Of a DNA stretch of 64,000 nucleotides, positions 1 to 12,697 are shown piece after piece. Source of the DNA: Octopus vulgaris. Lineage: Eukaryota. The stretch's first letter is position 1; each line of letters starts with the position of its first letter. The notes below the pieces were generated by a model. The model saw only the letters and a list, made by a program, of their open reading frames with translations. It had not been told where the DNA came from and did not search any database. The DNA lies in NCBI GenBank assembly GCA_951406725.2, contig OX597815.1:82026001-82090000 (forward strand), written 5' to 3'. The translations under genes were made by a program, and so were the position numbers.

Positions 1-332
1 TCTCTTGCAGTATTTATTTCCATCCATCTTCTGGGTTGACTTTATTTAACTGAAGACGCGCATCATGCAAATTTTACTCACTCAAGGCGTTCAGCGGGCA
101 TGCTGTCAATGTAAAAACTCTCAGCAAATTATGATTGTATTTTCCAAGCTTTAACATAAGTAACGTCAAGGCAGTATGATTCACTATGATAAGCATCTGT
201 AGCACTTCACTATGTGAGGTTAGTTAGCCAGTAAGGCCGAGTTCGATTCCTATATGGCAAAATAAATTGTGAAATAAAACAGCACTATATCCATATTCTG
301 TACACACACACACACACACATACAGTTATATA

Positions 333-381
<49 letters not shown>

Positions 382-398
382 TTACTTAAATATACATA

Positions 399-1278
399 CG
401 AGGTCTGACCAATAAGTATCCGGACTATTGCCATAGTAACGAAGCTAAGACGGGCAAAGTGAAGCCGCTGAGTAAAGATTGACCTTGAGCTCTACTGTGC
501 ATGTGCACTAAGATTTAACGTTCTAGCTCACTTACACTGTTTACAGCAGTGCTTTGAAGGAAGGTGTGTAGCGCTTGGTCGTTGCATTGACCATGACAGA
601 GAAAGCTGTCATAGCGATATCTGCTCAGAGGCCTACGTAAAATTGCAGAAAGTGTATGGAGAAGTGTGTATGAACCACACACAAGTGTACGAGTGGTTCA
701 AACGTTTCCAAGATGGTTGAAAAATGTCGATATTGACGAACGTTTTGGGAGACTTGCAACCAGCAGAACTGAGAAAAACATCGCAGACGTGCGTGCAGTT
801 GTGAGAGGATTTCATCGAATCACCATCTGTGAGTTTTCAGAGAATGTGCAGATTAGTTACGATTTCAGTCCATTATCACTGAAGATTTTGATATGAGATG
901 CGTCTCTGCCAAGTTTATGCCAAAACTGCTTTCAGCTGACCAAAACGACACTCGGGTTTCAGTTCCGCAAGATCTACTTGAGTGTGTTGAGAACGGTGAA
1001 ACCTTTTCCAAAACTTTGCGCAGGCCTCTGAGCAAGTATCGCCAAGCTTTTGGCAAAATTTGATGCAGATTCTCAGCTCAACTTTCTGTGTCATGGTCAA
1101 TGCGACGGTCACACGCTACACACCTTCCTTCCAAGCATTGCTGTAAGCAACGGAAGTGAGCTAGACTGTTAAAACTTATTGCACATGCACAGCAGAGTTT
1201 AAGGTCAATCTTTGTCAAGTGGCTTTACTCTCTGTTCTTTAGCTTTGTTACTATCGCAACAGTCCGGATCTGACCACG
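399..1278 (+). mobile_element. Non-autonomous mariner: 5' half of transposase closed by an inverted copy of its own 5' end
   Basis: TA|CGAGGTCTGACCAATAAGTATCCGGACT at the left end; degenerate reverse complement AGTCCGGATCTGACCACG|TA at the right. Frameshifted HTH peptide (TQVYEWFKRFQDG...SAKFMPKLLS). The minus strand at ~1010-1100 encodes the N-terminus again (MTQKVELRICIKFCQKLGDTCSEA). Confidence 0.85.
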
Positions 1279-1554
1279 TATATGTATTTAATGATCTGTA
1301 GGGAAAACCGTATTTCGTTATGCAACCATAATATACTACAAAATATATTAAACGGTTTTATAAGTCAATACTGCGTTCTACTGTGTTAGATGGGAGTGGA
1401 TGAAGGAGCAAAAACTCCTGGAGTATGGCATATACAGTCATTACCTATTTTCATTTTCGATCTCATTGTTGTTTACATCAAGCATCTCGAACATGAAACG
1501 TCGTAAAATCAATGCTGGCTATAATTTCTATAGAAAATATGTACCTAAATAGAG

Positions 1555-1563
1555 CTATCTCTT

Positions 1564-1652
<89 letters not shown>
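1555..1652. repeat. (CT)n-(CA)n-(TA)n compound microsatellite, representative of dozens in the window
   Basis: Read directly. Confidence 0.95.
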
Positions 1653-1653
<1 letters not shown>

Positions 1654-1654
1654 T

Positions 1655-1877
1655 TCTTTATTGCCCACAAGGGGCTAAACACACTGAGGACAAACAGGGA
1701 CAGACAAACGGATTAAGTCGATTATATCGACCTCAGTGCGTAACTGCTACTTATGTAATCGACCCCGAAAGGATGAAAGGCAAAGTCGACCTCGGTGGAA
1801 TTTGAACTCAACGTAGCGACAGACGAAATACCGCTAAGCATTTCTCCCGGCGTGCAAACGTTTCTGCCAGTTCGCTT
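1655..1877 (-). mobile_element. tRNA-derived SINE, family A
   Basis: Reverse complement of the recurring unit GGCGAGCTGGCAGAA...GAGTTCAAATTCCGCCGAGGTCGACTTTGCCTTTCATCCTTTCGGGGTCGAT. Confidence 0.85.
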
Positions 1878-3362
1878 TATATATATATATCATTCTCATA
1901 GCGTTAAGGAAACTAGAGAAAAGCACTAAGCCAATCGGACCTTGATTTGGTAAGCAGAAATATTTAACTGTCATTCGTCTACTCCCACTACACCTCGCCC
2001 TCATGCGATCTCACCTTCACAACACCTCGCATTACTCCATCCAATTCGTCTAAGTTTGTTTACAGAATGTTTGCCAAAATGATCTCACACTTGCAAGTGG
2101 GAGCAAAAGGTTTTCGTGACCCAGTTTTCCTGAAATACCCGTGATGCATATTTGAAGAGGAAATGTGTGTGTGTGTGTATGTGCGCGCGCGCGTATATGC
2201 CAGTGTTGTGTATGTGTGTGTGTGTGTATGTGTGTGTGTTTGCATGTGTGTGTGTGAGTCCTTGTGTTTATGTATGTGTGTGTTTGTGTTTGTGCGTGTG
2301 TTGTGTGTGCTTGTATGTGTGTGTGTGTGTGTGCATTTGTGTGTATGCGTGTGCATATGTGTGTATGTGTGTGTATGACCTTAATCTCAGAGAGGATTAG
2401 CGTCAAAGTGGATCTAGGTAGATCAAGCTGGATCAGAAGGAAACAAGGAATTTCAACGGTATATGCCTAAAGGTCAGTATTGAAACACACACACACATGC
2501 ACACACACACACACACACACGCACGCAGGCACACACAGATACACAAACACACACACATACACACTCACACATACACAAACACACACACACATACACACAC
2601 AGCCTTAGCCTTGCTACAGCACATTTGTGTGTATGGAAAATAATCTTGTGGTTGTGTGTGAGTCTGTGAAGGTGGGGGTCAGGCGGTGTTTGGGAGGTTA
2701 GGTTTAGAAAGAAAACTGTGGGTGAGTTTGGAAGATTGTGGTTGGTGATTTTCAAGGAGTTGACGGTGGTGGGGGTCGAACGCAGGAAAATGATAACAGG
2801 AGTATTGTATTGTGTGCAGAGATGGTGTGTGACAGTGAGGATGCGTGGTTGAGTGTGTATTAGTTATGGCGGTGAGTGTGGTGGTATTGGCGATGGTGGT
2901 GATGTTGATGATAGGGATGGTGGCCGTCGTCGTCGTCGTCGTCGTCGTTATGTGTGGTTATGTAAGTTTATGCATTAGTGTTGGAAGCGGAGATACCATT
3001 GAAGGAAAAAAAAACATAGTTGTTGCTATAGCTTGGATCCAGATCAGTCACCATAGTGCAGACATGTCATGAAAATTACTCCAGCCGTGACTTTCCTGTC
3101 TTTTATTTTTACATGTGAGGGAATTTCGAATAACATTACATAAAGTGTCTCTTTCAAAGAGATTTGGCTGCTATTTCTAACAGGTCAAGCAACCACTTAA
3201 AAACTCCTTCATTAACCTGATCAAATGCAGGACTGGTGTTTGTTGGCCTACTAGGTATTTGTTGTGTTATACATATAACATATACATATAACGTGTATAA
3301 CATATGTGTTTTAGTTGTAATATATACCAGTTGTAATATGTATCATCATATTGCATATTATT

Positions 3363-3955
3363 AAGGCGGCGAGCTGGCAGAATCGTTAGCACACCGGGCG
3401 AAATGCTTAGCGGTATTTTGTCTGCCGTTACGTTCTGAGTTCAAATTCCGCCGAGGTCGACTTTGCCTTTCATCCTTTCGGGGTCGATAAATTAAGTACC
3501 AGTTACGCACTGGGATCGATGTAATCGACTTAATCCGTTTGTCTGTCCTTGTTTGTCCCCTCTGTGTTTAGCCCCTTGTGGGTAGTAAAGAAATAGGTAA
3601 TTAGTCTGTCTTTAAGTTCTGAGTTTAAATTCTGCCGAGGTCGACTTTGCCTTTCAGCCTTTCGAGGTCGACAAATTAAGTACCAGTCGAAATTACATGC
3701 CTTGTGCTATAGCAGAAAGGATTATGATGTGTATTAGATGAGGTGGTGAGCTGACAGAATCGTTAGCACGCCGGGCAAAATACTTATCAGTATTTTGTCC
3801 GTTTTTACGTTCTGAGTTCAAATTCTATCGAGGTCGATTTTGCCTTTCAACCTTTCGGGATCGATTAAATAAGTACCAGTTGAGCATTGGGGTCGATGTA
3901 ATCGACTTACCTCCTCTTCCACTCCCGAAATTGCTGGCCTTGTGCCAAAATATAA
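3363..3955 (+). mobile_element. Tandem family-A SINE units
   Basis: Three full or partial units with A-box-like TGGCAGAATCG and B-box GTTCAAATT. The central GCCTTTCATCCTTTCGGGGTCGATAAATTAAGTACCAG resembles the Meta-domain as recalled; not aligned. Confidence 0.85.
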
Positions 3956-4015
3956 AACCCTTTAAGGCGGTTCTCCAGCATGGCCGCTGTCAAATGACTG
4001 AAACAAATAAAGGAA

Positions 4016-5157
4016 TCTTTATATATATAAAACTGAGAATGTGTCTGTCTGTCTGTCTGTCTGTCTGTGTGTTTCCCTAAAACTTGAGAACTACACATGC
4101 CTTACTTAGGGTCCGGGGAGTGTCATCAGCAAAAAAAAATTTGAACTTTTTGCCTAGGGCGAGCCCCAGCAATATCATATCTTCTCCACTACGATTCCCT
4201 AAAACTTGAGAACTACACAACCAATTCCATTCAAATTTTACACATGCCTTACTTAGGGTCCATGTAGTTTCATGGGCAAAAAAAATGTTCAACTTCTTGC
4301 CTAGAGCGAGCCCATAGCAATATCATATCTTCTTCACTATTTCAGTATTACGTGTTAAAAGTGAAACAAAAACGGTTCTCTATTTTATGTCAGATACTTT
4401 CACTTTAACAATAAAAATAATAGTAGCAATTGAATTATATGTAGTAAGTAATAATTAAGATCAAACTAATCGTAACATAACAAAAGTAAAAATAGCAATT
4501 GGTATAAAATTGCATCAATGATTTGAACTTGAATAAGTGGTTTAACATGAATGGGAATAAATTAAAAATAAAATTAGCGTGCAGAAATAGAATAGTCCAG
4601 ATGGATAAAAAATTAAATTAAAGAAAAAAACTATTGTCTATAAAGTATACAATGTAGAGAAAAAAAGATTTGAACACATGGAGGAAAGCACCTTCGAAAA
4701 GTGTCTTGGTGCGACTATGAAAGGTATCTAATCAGAGGCGGTAAATTCGCCACAATAGAAGCAAGGTTCGAGTCAACGGAGCGTGCAAGGGAGTACTCGA
4801 CTCGAACTTGCAAAGTGGAAATATTTTATTTTTACCTTTATATCTGGGACGTAGGACGTTCCGGAAAAAATGTTAAATGCCCCCCACCCCCGAAGTAGAG
4901 GTAGGCTGGATTGTAGCCACACTTCTATACAAGAGGGAGGACAAGATACAATTGATCGAAATTACAAGAGACGGGCTAACAATTCCAGTCTGTTATATAT
5001 TTTGAGTATTGTTATCACTAGCGATATCAACATATAACTTTGTATTTTGTATTTTATGTGTAGATGTATATATATATAGATGTACATGTAATATGTACAC
5101 ATATATATACACATGCACTAGCACTATGACCCGGTAACGACGGGTCTTTAATGCTAG
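4016..5157 (+). mobile_element. Non-autonomous Helitron
   Basis: A|TC 5' end followed by TTTATATATATAAA and (CTGT)n. 3' hairpin GACCCG/CGGGTC at 5128-5146, then CTAG|T. No TSD. Splits a SINE tail. Confidence 0.8.
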
Positions 5158-5196
5158 TAAGAGAATAAAAGAATGTGACTGAAGTGTTACTTGTAA

Positions 5197-5590
5197 AGGC
5201 GACGAGCTGGCAGAAGCGTTAGCACGCCGGGCGAGATGCTTAGCGGTATTTCGTCCGCCGCTGCGTTCTGAGTTCAAATTCCGCCGAGGTCGACGTTGCC
5301 TTTCATCCTTTCGGGGGTCGATAAATTAAGTACCAGTTACGTACTGGGGTCGATGTAATCGACTTAATCCGTTTGTCTTTCCTTATTTGTCCTGTCTGTG
5401 TTTAGCCCCTTGTGGGTAGTAAAGAAATAGGTATTTCCTCTGTCTTTAAGTTCTGAGTTCAAATTCTGCCAAGGTCAACTTTGCCTTTCATCCTTTCGAG
5501 GTGGATAAAATTAAGTACAAGTTGCGTACTGAGGTCGATCTAATCGACTGGCCCCTTCTCCAAAAATTTCGAAGCTTGTGCCTCGAGTAG
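5197..5590 (+). mobile_element. Family-A SINE with partial duplication
   Basis: Same consensus as the 3363 copy. Confidence 0.85.
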
Positions 5591-5781
5591 TAGTATTAAG
5601 ATAAATAAAAACGAAGATAGACAGATAGATTAGACAGACATACAGATAGAGAGATAGATACAGACAGACCACTGGTATTTGAGTACTCTTTTTCCACCTT
5701 GTTTCACACTTATGTGTTTACTCCGGATAAACAGATAGATTAGACAGACATACAGATAGAGAGATAGATACAGACAGACAA

Positions 5782-5843
<62 letters not shown>

Positions 5844-5850
5844 GTGGCTG

Positions 5851-5882
<32 letters not shown>

Positions 5883-6007
5883 GATAAAGAAACAGACAGA
5901 CAAATAGATAGACAGAAATAGAAGATAGATGAATAGATAGATAAACAGGTAGGTACATAGTGGATAGATTGATAGATAAATTAGTAGATATAGGTAGATA
6001 GACAGAC

Positions 6008-6053
<46 letters not shown>

Positions 6054-6351
6054 AAGGTAAAGAAGAGATAATACAAGAAAGAAAAGGAAGTGAAGATAAT
6101 AAAACCGAAAGAAAGAAACGAGTAAATCGTAAAATAGAGCGAATGAAAGAAGAGCTATTCAGTTGAAAATGTTAGCATAAATTGCTTTTATAGTGTGCAG
6201 TGGGTGTGGGTACTGGTTTTGTATATGTGTGTAGGCGTGTTTGTGAATGTACATACATCCGTACGCTCACACACAGGCACACAAGCACAGATATATACTT
6301 TTAAATATGTATGCATATATGCACATATACATACATTTAAATATCTATGCA

Positions 6352-6401
<50 letters not shown>

Positions 6402-7279
6402 CCTTCATATATATATATATATATATATATATACATTCATATATATATACATATATATTGGCCTACTCGCTTAGCCAGCGGGGTGGCATCATTTGAAGGC
6501 TAAAACAATGTGAAGCGCATTGTGACCAGCGATGTGTAGCAACATCTGATAGCCTGGGCGGTCACGGTGATCACGGGGATATATATATATATATATATAT
6601 ATATGCATACGTGCGTATAGATGTTATAATATGCAATACAATGAAACAGGATGTTTCGAAGAAGTTATCAATTGTGCTCTTTTGCTACTCGAGGTTCCCG
6701 CCCTTGGCCGTATATAATTTCTTATTGAAATTTGAGTTTTTTTTTTTTTCATTTAAAGGGAATCAGTCAAAGAGTAACATTGATAATAGGGTGCTCAGGA
6801 TGATGTAGAATCCGGTCCCGTTTTCAAAAAATACTACGGGTAAAGGTTAACGTATTAGCAGTTCCGTTGCCGTGAGGTAACATCTGTATATCGCCTGTCC
6901 TTGTCCAGTATATCCTTGTCCAGTATGTCCTTGTCCTTGTATATCGTCTGTCATTGTCCAGTCCTGTTCTTTCGTAATGTCAATGTCAATCGTTTCAGTA
7001 CACTCTAGTAAAATTTTTGTGATCCTCTGACCATGTAGACGAAAATCATCGTGAACGACACCCTAGTAATCAAAAATAAGTAAATAAAATATTAACCTCA
7101 CCTTCACATTTTATTGACATGCTTATTTATTCTGTTGTGCCGGTAACTATTGTTTAACCAACAACGTCTGAAAAGCTGAAAGCAGTGAAAAGCGCCTACA
7201 CACAGACTTTCTTCCATCAGACCGGTGTTAATTTGATTTTTAATAATTAAAAAGAAAATATATATATATATATATTTAT

Positions 7280-7494
7280 TATAAGTAATAATTTTTAAAT
7301 TGAGAAAACCCAATAGATTGCTAGCCACTACACATTCTTTATTTTCTCTCCTTGTTTCTTTCTGTGTTCCTTTTTGTGGAAGAGCATAGGCTCGAAACGT
7401 TAAAGACTTTTTCACTTCCCGGGCATTAAACTAATACATCTGTTTGTTGTCTACACCACCTGTCTTCATCTTTTGATTTTTTTTTGTGAATTCT

Positions 7495-7499
<5 letters not shown>
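7280..7499 (+). mobile_element. Orphan PLE pLTR-like fragment between (TA)n tracts
   Basis: Homologous to 62930-63120; contains an HHR-like motif. Confidence 0.6.
7370..7405 (+). ncRNA. Degenerate minimal type-I hammerhead ribozyme
   Basis: cttt-TTGTGGA-a-gagc(atag)gctc-GAAA-cg-TT-aaag; core has C3U and A6U. Confidence 0.5.
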
Positions 7500-7552
<53 letters not shown>

Positions 7553-7744
7553 TTATAATATATTATAATATTTTTACAATATTTTTACAATATTTTTATA
7601 ATATTATAATATATTATAAAATATTATAATAATCCAGGTTTCTCGGAGCACTAGGCCACTTGGTGTAGAATGGATATACTATTAAATTAGTATCTAATTC
7701 TCTCACCCTTATTAATTAATTATATATATATATATATATATCTT

Positions 7745-8405
7745 TTCCTTTATTTTTTACTTGTTTCAATCATTTGATTGCGGTCAAGTTGGGGTACTAC
7801 TTTGAAAGGTGTTAGTCGATAAATCGACTCCAGGAAGTATTTTTTAAGCGTAGTACTTATTCTGTGGTTATCTTTTGCCAAACCCCTAAATTATGGGGAC
7901 ATAAACACATCAATACCGGTTGTCAAGCGCTGGTTAGGGACAAACACAGATACAAAGACACGCATATATATATATATATCGTGGCCATTATGCAAAAGTC
8001 TCGTAAATTCAAAACGTTGCTTTTTCGGAAAACGAGGAAAACTGAAAACGAGGAGAATAGTTTCACCATTCCATAGCAAAACCATTGTACTACACTATGA
8101 CAAGTTTCATATCTTGGCACCTGAAGCAGCTGGAGATATGGTAGTCTGACCAAAAGAACTGGCTATTTGCAAGCAAAAATAAATGTTGAAAATGACGAAG
8201 TTGACCAAATCTGGACATACGACAGTTTAACAAAATTAGAACGATATATATATGACGGGCTTCTTTCAGCTTCTGTCTACCAAATCCCGTCACGAGGCTT
8301 TGGTCGGCTCGAAGCTAAAGTAGATGACACGTGCACAAAGTGTCACGCAGTGGGACTGAACCCTGAGCCATGTAGATGGGAAGCAAGCTTCTTACCACAC
8401 AGCTA
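7745..8405 (-). mobile_element. Composite SINE, family B (tRNA/CORE-like head, microsatellite, tail), interrupted by a MITE
   Basis: Matches copies at 19206, 34860 and 47960. Confidence 0.75.
7979..8244. mobile_element. Degenerate TA-flanked MITE
   Basis: TCGT...ACGA ends; about 18/27 identity between the terminal inverted repeats; inserted in (TA)n. Confidence 0.45.
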
Positions 8406-8502
8406 TTATGTGTGCGGATATGCATATTTATGCACACACACACATATATATGCACTTATATATACTTATGTGTACACACACACACATTCGCACACTCACG
8501 CC

Positions 8503-8557
<55 letters not shown>

Positions 8558-9099
8558 GAGCAAAATGCCCCCCGTCCAATGGACGTTGCTGAGTTGTCAA
8601 ACATTTAAACCAAATTTTCTCAAAACAACTTGTCCGACCGTCCCATAGGCCTCCTGTTTGAGAAACACTGATTTAACCTAAATTTGAGACACCAGCAAAA
8701 GAAAAACGATTTTATTCACACAAATATACAACCGAAGAGTTTAAATTACCAGTAATGATAAGGCTGTTGACTGGGAGAACACAAACATGGTTTAAACAGT
8801 ATGCTTGGCAGGAAAGAAACGTGCCTTTAAGCAGTACAAAATGACAAAAATGGAAGGTGCAGTTATGTACAGGTTGATGGAAGAAAAGCAGGACAAAAAT
8901 GATCCATGCAAATGGGTTAGCTGGAGGTAAATCTAGATGGAAAAGCATGATGAATTTATGAGAACATACCTGGGACAATAACAAGTTTATCCGATAAAAC
9001 ATGTAGGAAATCAACTTGGGGTGATTTTTGATGAAAAGCAACAACCTAGGGAACTAACTAAATAATTTTAAGCTAACTTACTTTACGGGATGTTCAAGG

Positions 9100-9994
9100 G
9101 CATGGAAAAGCTAGTGGAGCGCAACCTTGTAAACCACATTCCTTGTTATTCAGTCTGGGGCGTAGTAGAGAATGTTTGTCGAACAGCCAACTCTCGAACA
9201 GCCCACATACAGTTGTCCGTGCGAAAAGCAGGGAGTGCTGAGGTCCAACCCCACGACTTTCAATGACTGCCCCTGTGCTTTGTTGATGGTCATCGCGAAG
9301 CTCAGGCGAATAGGGAATTGAACGCGTTTCATCGGGTAAACACAGTCTAACGGAATCAATGGCATGCGGGAAATAAAAACAACATCCCTTCCTCCTTGAC
9401 CCGTGATAACTTTTGCCTCGAGAACGTCATCCAAAAGTTGGGTGAGAACCAACCGAGTACCATTGCAAAGTCGTGGGGGTTCCAAATTTCGGAGGAGAAT
9501 AATGGGACTTCCAGCCTTGAGGCAGAGTTTATGGGGTGGCAAACCCGATGGTTCTTGTGAGTTAAGAAATTCGGTCGGGTACACCACGACTTGCTCTGGG
9601 TCAGTAATTGAATCAACGGATGTGTAGATTCGTTCCTGGGTCGGCAGTTGACGAAGGAAGCGAGTGTTAAGCGTATTGATGTTGGCATTGGTTGGCGCTA
9701 AAATGGCTTTATCACACAACCATTGATGGTCACCGAAATTAGAAGATAGATCGGGGTAAACTGTCTGACAAAGTTCATCGGACCCAGAATCGATCGCAAC
9801 AGCTGATGTAATTGCACGTTCCCATGGCTTTATCGATCGCATTTTCACCTGGAATCGATAATTGTAATTTTTTCAAGACTTATACACGCCCTGATACAGT
9901 CAGTATCTACGTATCAAATTTGAGCCCAATCGGATGGAGGATGCCCGAGATCCTAGAAGACAGAGAGAGAGAGAGAGATAGAACGGATTTTATA

Positions 9995-9995
<1 letters not shown>
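9100..9995 (-). mobile_element. Internally deleted Helitron with PIF1-like helicase C-terminus
   Basis: ORF 9150-9848 has LRNL..PRLCNGTRL, FPIRLSFAMTINKAQGQSL and FSHGQLYVGCSRV. A Helitron-type 5' leader (TATATATCATATAAAA, microsatellite, CCGATTGGGCTCAAATTTG) lies directly upstream. Confidence 0.85.
9150..9848 (-). pseudogene. Helitron Rep/Hel helicase (PIF1 family) C-terminal fragment
   Basis: PIF1 helicase motifs as above. A premature stop precedes the usual TRNVVY end. Confidence 0.9.
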
Positions 9996-10062
<67 letters not shown>

Positions 10063-10482
10063 CTATATAAACACATTTTCTTTATATCGCCGTATTCTGT
10101 ATTCTTCCGTCATAAATTTTCACATAAACTTTTACCATAGCTGTAATTAATATTTAATTAGTTACACAGAACTCTCAGTCAGTGAAAATAGTAAGTTTCA
10201 ATGTATTAAGACATGCTCTGTGAAGTACGTGTGCATCTATTTTCTATGTAAATCCCTCTTGGGTATTTTAAATTTTTTAATCCCATATGGTCGAGAAATC
10301 TGGAACATATTAACAGAGCCCACAAGAACTAATTTTTCACTATGCATATACATATACTTACATAAATATATATATATATATATATGCATGTATTATGTAT
10401 ACATATGTATTATGTACGCATGTATGTATGTTTATATACATATACATATATATACGTTCATATATGTGTAGTTATATATATT

Positions 10483-10538
<56 letters not shown>

Positions 10539-10624
10539 CACACACACGAATATGTACGCACATGCACATATATATGTACACATACACGCGCGCGCGCACA
10601 AAGATATATATATATATATATATA

Positions 10625-11280
10625 TCAGGTCATTAAGAATGAAATGTCCGATTTCCTTATGCACCAAGTTTGAAAGTTGCTGACTCTAATGTTCTATTCT
10701 GACAATTCTTTATTTAACAACATTGAACAGTTACAATATCACTTTTCGAAATGCAATTCCTGGTGTCTTTGTGTTGTGAAGATTTGGCGAATGGGCGTAC
10801 TGTACGTCGATAGTTTGAGAGGTTCCGGTCTGGTGGCTTTTATCTTGAAAATCAGCCTCGTGGTAGGCCTGAGACCAAAGTGGATAATGATGAACTGAAA
10901 ACTGTAGTGGAAGCGGATACATCTCAAACTACGCGTGAGTTAGCAGTAAGGTTTGATGTTTCGATTCCAACTGTATTGGATCATCTGAATCAAATCGGCA
11001 AGGTAAAGAAGCTGGACAAGTGGGCACCACACGAACTGAACGAGCATCAAATGATACGTCGTCTTGAAACTTGTGTCACGGCATAAAAGCGAACCATTTT
11101 TGTATTGTTACGTGTGAGGAAAAATAGATTCTTTTCAACAATAACAAGCGTTCTACATCCACTATATTCCCTAGACATTGAACCAACTGACTATCACATT
11201 TTCCAGGCATCAGACAACTTTTTGCAAGGAAAAAACTTCAAATCTGAAGAGGATGCAAAAACAGTCTTTCAAGATTACTC
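10625..11280 (+). mobile_element. Degenerate mariner relic
   Basis: TA|TCAGGTCATTAAGAATGAAATGTCCG TIR-like end. Peptides DNDELKTVVEAD..TTRELA, KKLDKWAPHEL (WVPHEL) and HPLYSLDIEPTDYHIF (YSPDL). Deleted internally. Confidence 0.85.
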
Positions 11281-11349
11281 TTTTATGTATATGCTAACAG
11301 AGATACCCGCTCTTGCTCGGGATTGAAATGGCATAGTTTTTTAAAATAT

Positions 11350-11520
11350 TATTTTACTTGTTTCAGTCATGTGACTGCGGCCATGCTGGAGCACGGCCGT
11401 TGCTCGAACACATCTCCACAGAATTTATTCTTTGCAAGCCTAGTACTTATTCTATTTGCGTCTTTTGCCGAACCACTAAGTTATGGGAACATAATCACAG
11501 CAAAATCGGTTGTCAAACAT

Positions 11521-11558
<38 letters not shown>

Positions 11559-11605
11559 CCATATATATGTGTGTATATGCATATATATATATATATCCAT
11601 ATGTA

Positions 11606-11636
<31 letters not shown>

Positions 11637-11657
11637 ATATATACATACATACATACA

Positions 11658-11727
<70 letters not shown>

Positions 11728-11870
11728 ACTCTTTTACTCTGTTACTTGTTTCAGTCATTTGAGTGTGGCCATGCTGGTGTACCACCTTTTAGTTGAAGAA
11801 ATTGACCTCTGAACTTATTCTTTGTATGTCTGGTGCTTATTCTATTGATATATTCTGCCGAACCACTTAC
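11350..11870 (-). mobile_element. Two partial family-B SINE tails separated by microsatellite
   Basis: TTGTTTCAGTCATTTGACTGCGGCCATGCTGGAGCAC-like motif occurs twice. Confidence 0.7.
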
Positions 11871-11899
11871 ATTATCTTTCCTATACACGTACATAAATA

Positions 11900-11961
11900 G
11901 GCGGATGTTTCGTCGTGACCCTAACCCTAAACCCCGGGAGTGCGTATTCTTGACCTTCGCC
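11900..11961. mobile_element. 62-bp micro-MITE with CCCTAA repeats
   Basis: GGCGGA...TTCGCC ends; flanks CATAAATA/CATAGATA (8-bp TSD, 1 mismatch); internal CCCTAACCCTAAA. Confidence 0.5.
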
Positions 11962-12204
11962 CATAGATACATATGCAAACATCTTTTTTATGCGTAAGAG
12001 AGAGAGAGAGAGAACGAAAATATAGTTTAGTTGGTAGCCAAAAGCTTACTGAATGTTTTGATACTTCTTACAGCCTCAAATTGAAAATTTCTTTACTGTT
12101 TTGATATATATATTTATGTGTGTGTGTGTGCGTGTGTGTGTGTATGTATATGCATGTATACATATATATGTATATGTATGTATATAAATATATATGAATA
12201 TATA

Positions 12205-12265
<61 letters not shown>

Positions 12266-12338
12266 TATCGATATTTAAATATCGATCTTATCTAGTGGCC
12301 AGCATGGGAATAAATACCATACAAAGGTAATAATTATT

Positions 12339-12525
12339 TAAACTATAAATTAAGGTATCTGAGAGATACCACCATGCTGAAATAGCAGTCAAAACCCTGA
12401 CCCTAAAATCACCTTAATTGTTCATATCGCGACAGGAGATATCCAGGAGATATCCTGGCGCGATATGAACATTTAAGGTGGCTTTAGGGTCAGGGTATCT
12501 CTCAGATACCCTAATTTATAGTTTA
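12339..12525. repeat. Foldback palindrome between (TA)n tracts
   Basis: 12339-12370 plus 12395-12431 are reverse-complemented at 12459-12525. Confidence 0.85.
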
Positions 12526-12527
12526 TA

Positions 12528-12566
<39 letters not shown>

Positions 12567-12697
12567 CATACATCCATACATAAATACATATGCATGTGTG
12601 TGAGTGTGTGTGTATGTGAGTGTGTGTGTGTGTGTGCGTGTGTGTATTCGGTGCGAATGATTTTGTTATACGGAGCCGAGTTTTACGATCTTGTAAA

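Noticed and set aside
7160-7205. CTGAAAA-gctg/cagt-GAAA HHR-like motif
   Set aside because: G8 lost without compensation and helix I does not pair.
9150-9848. Host PIF1 gene
   Set aside because: Intronless fragment with a Helitron leader and a premature stop.
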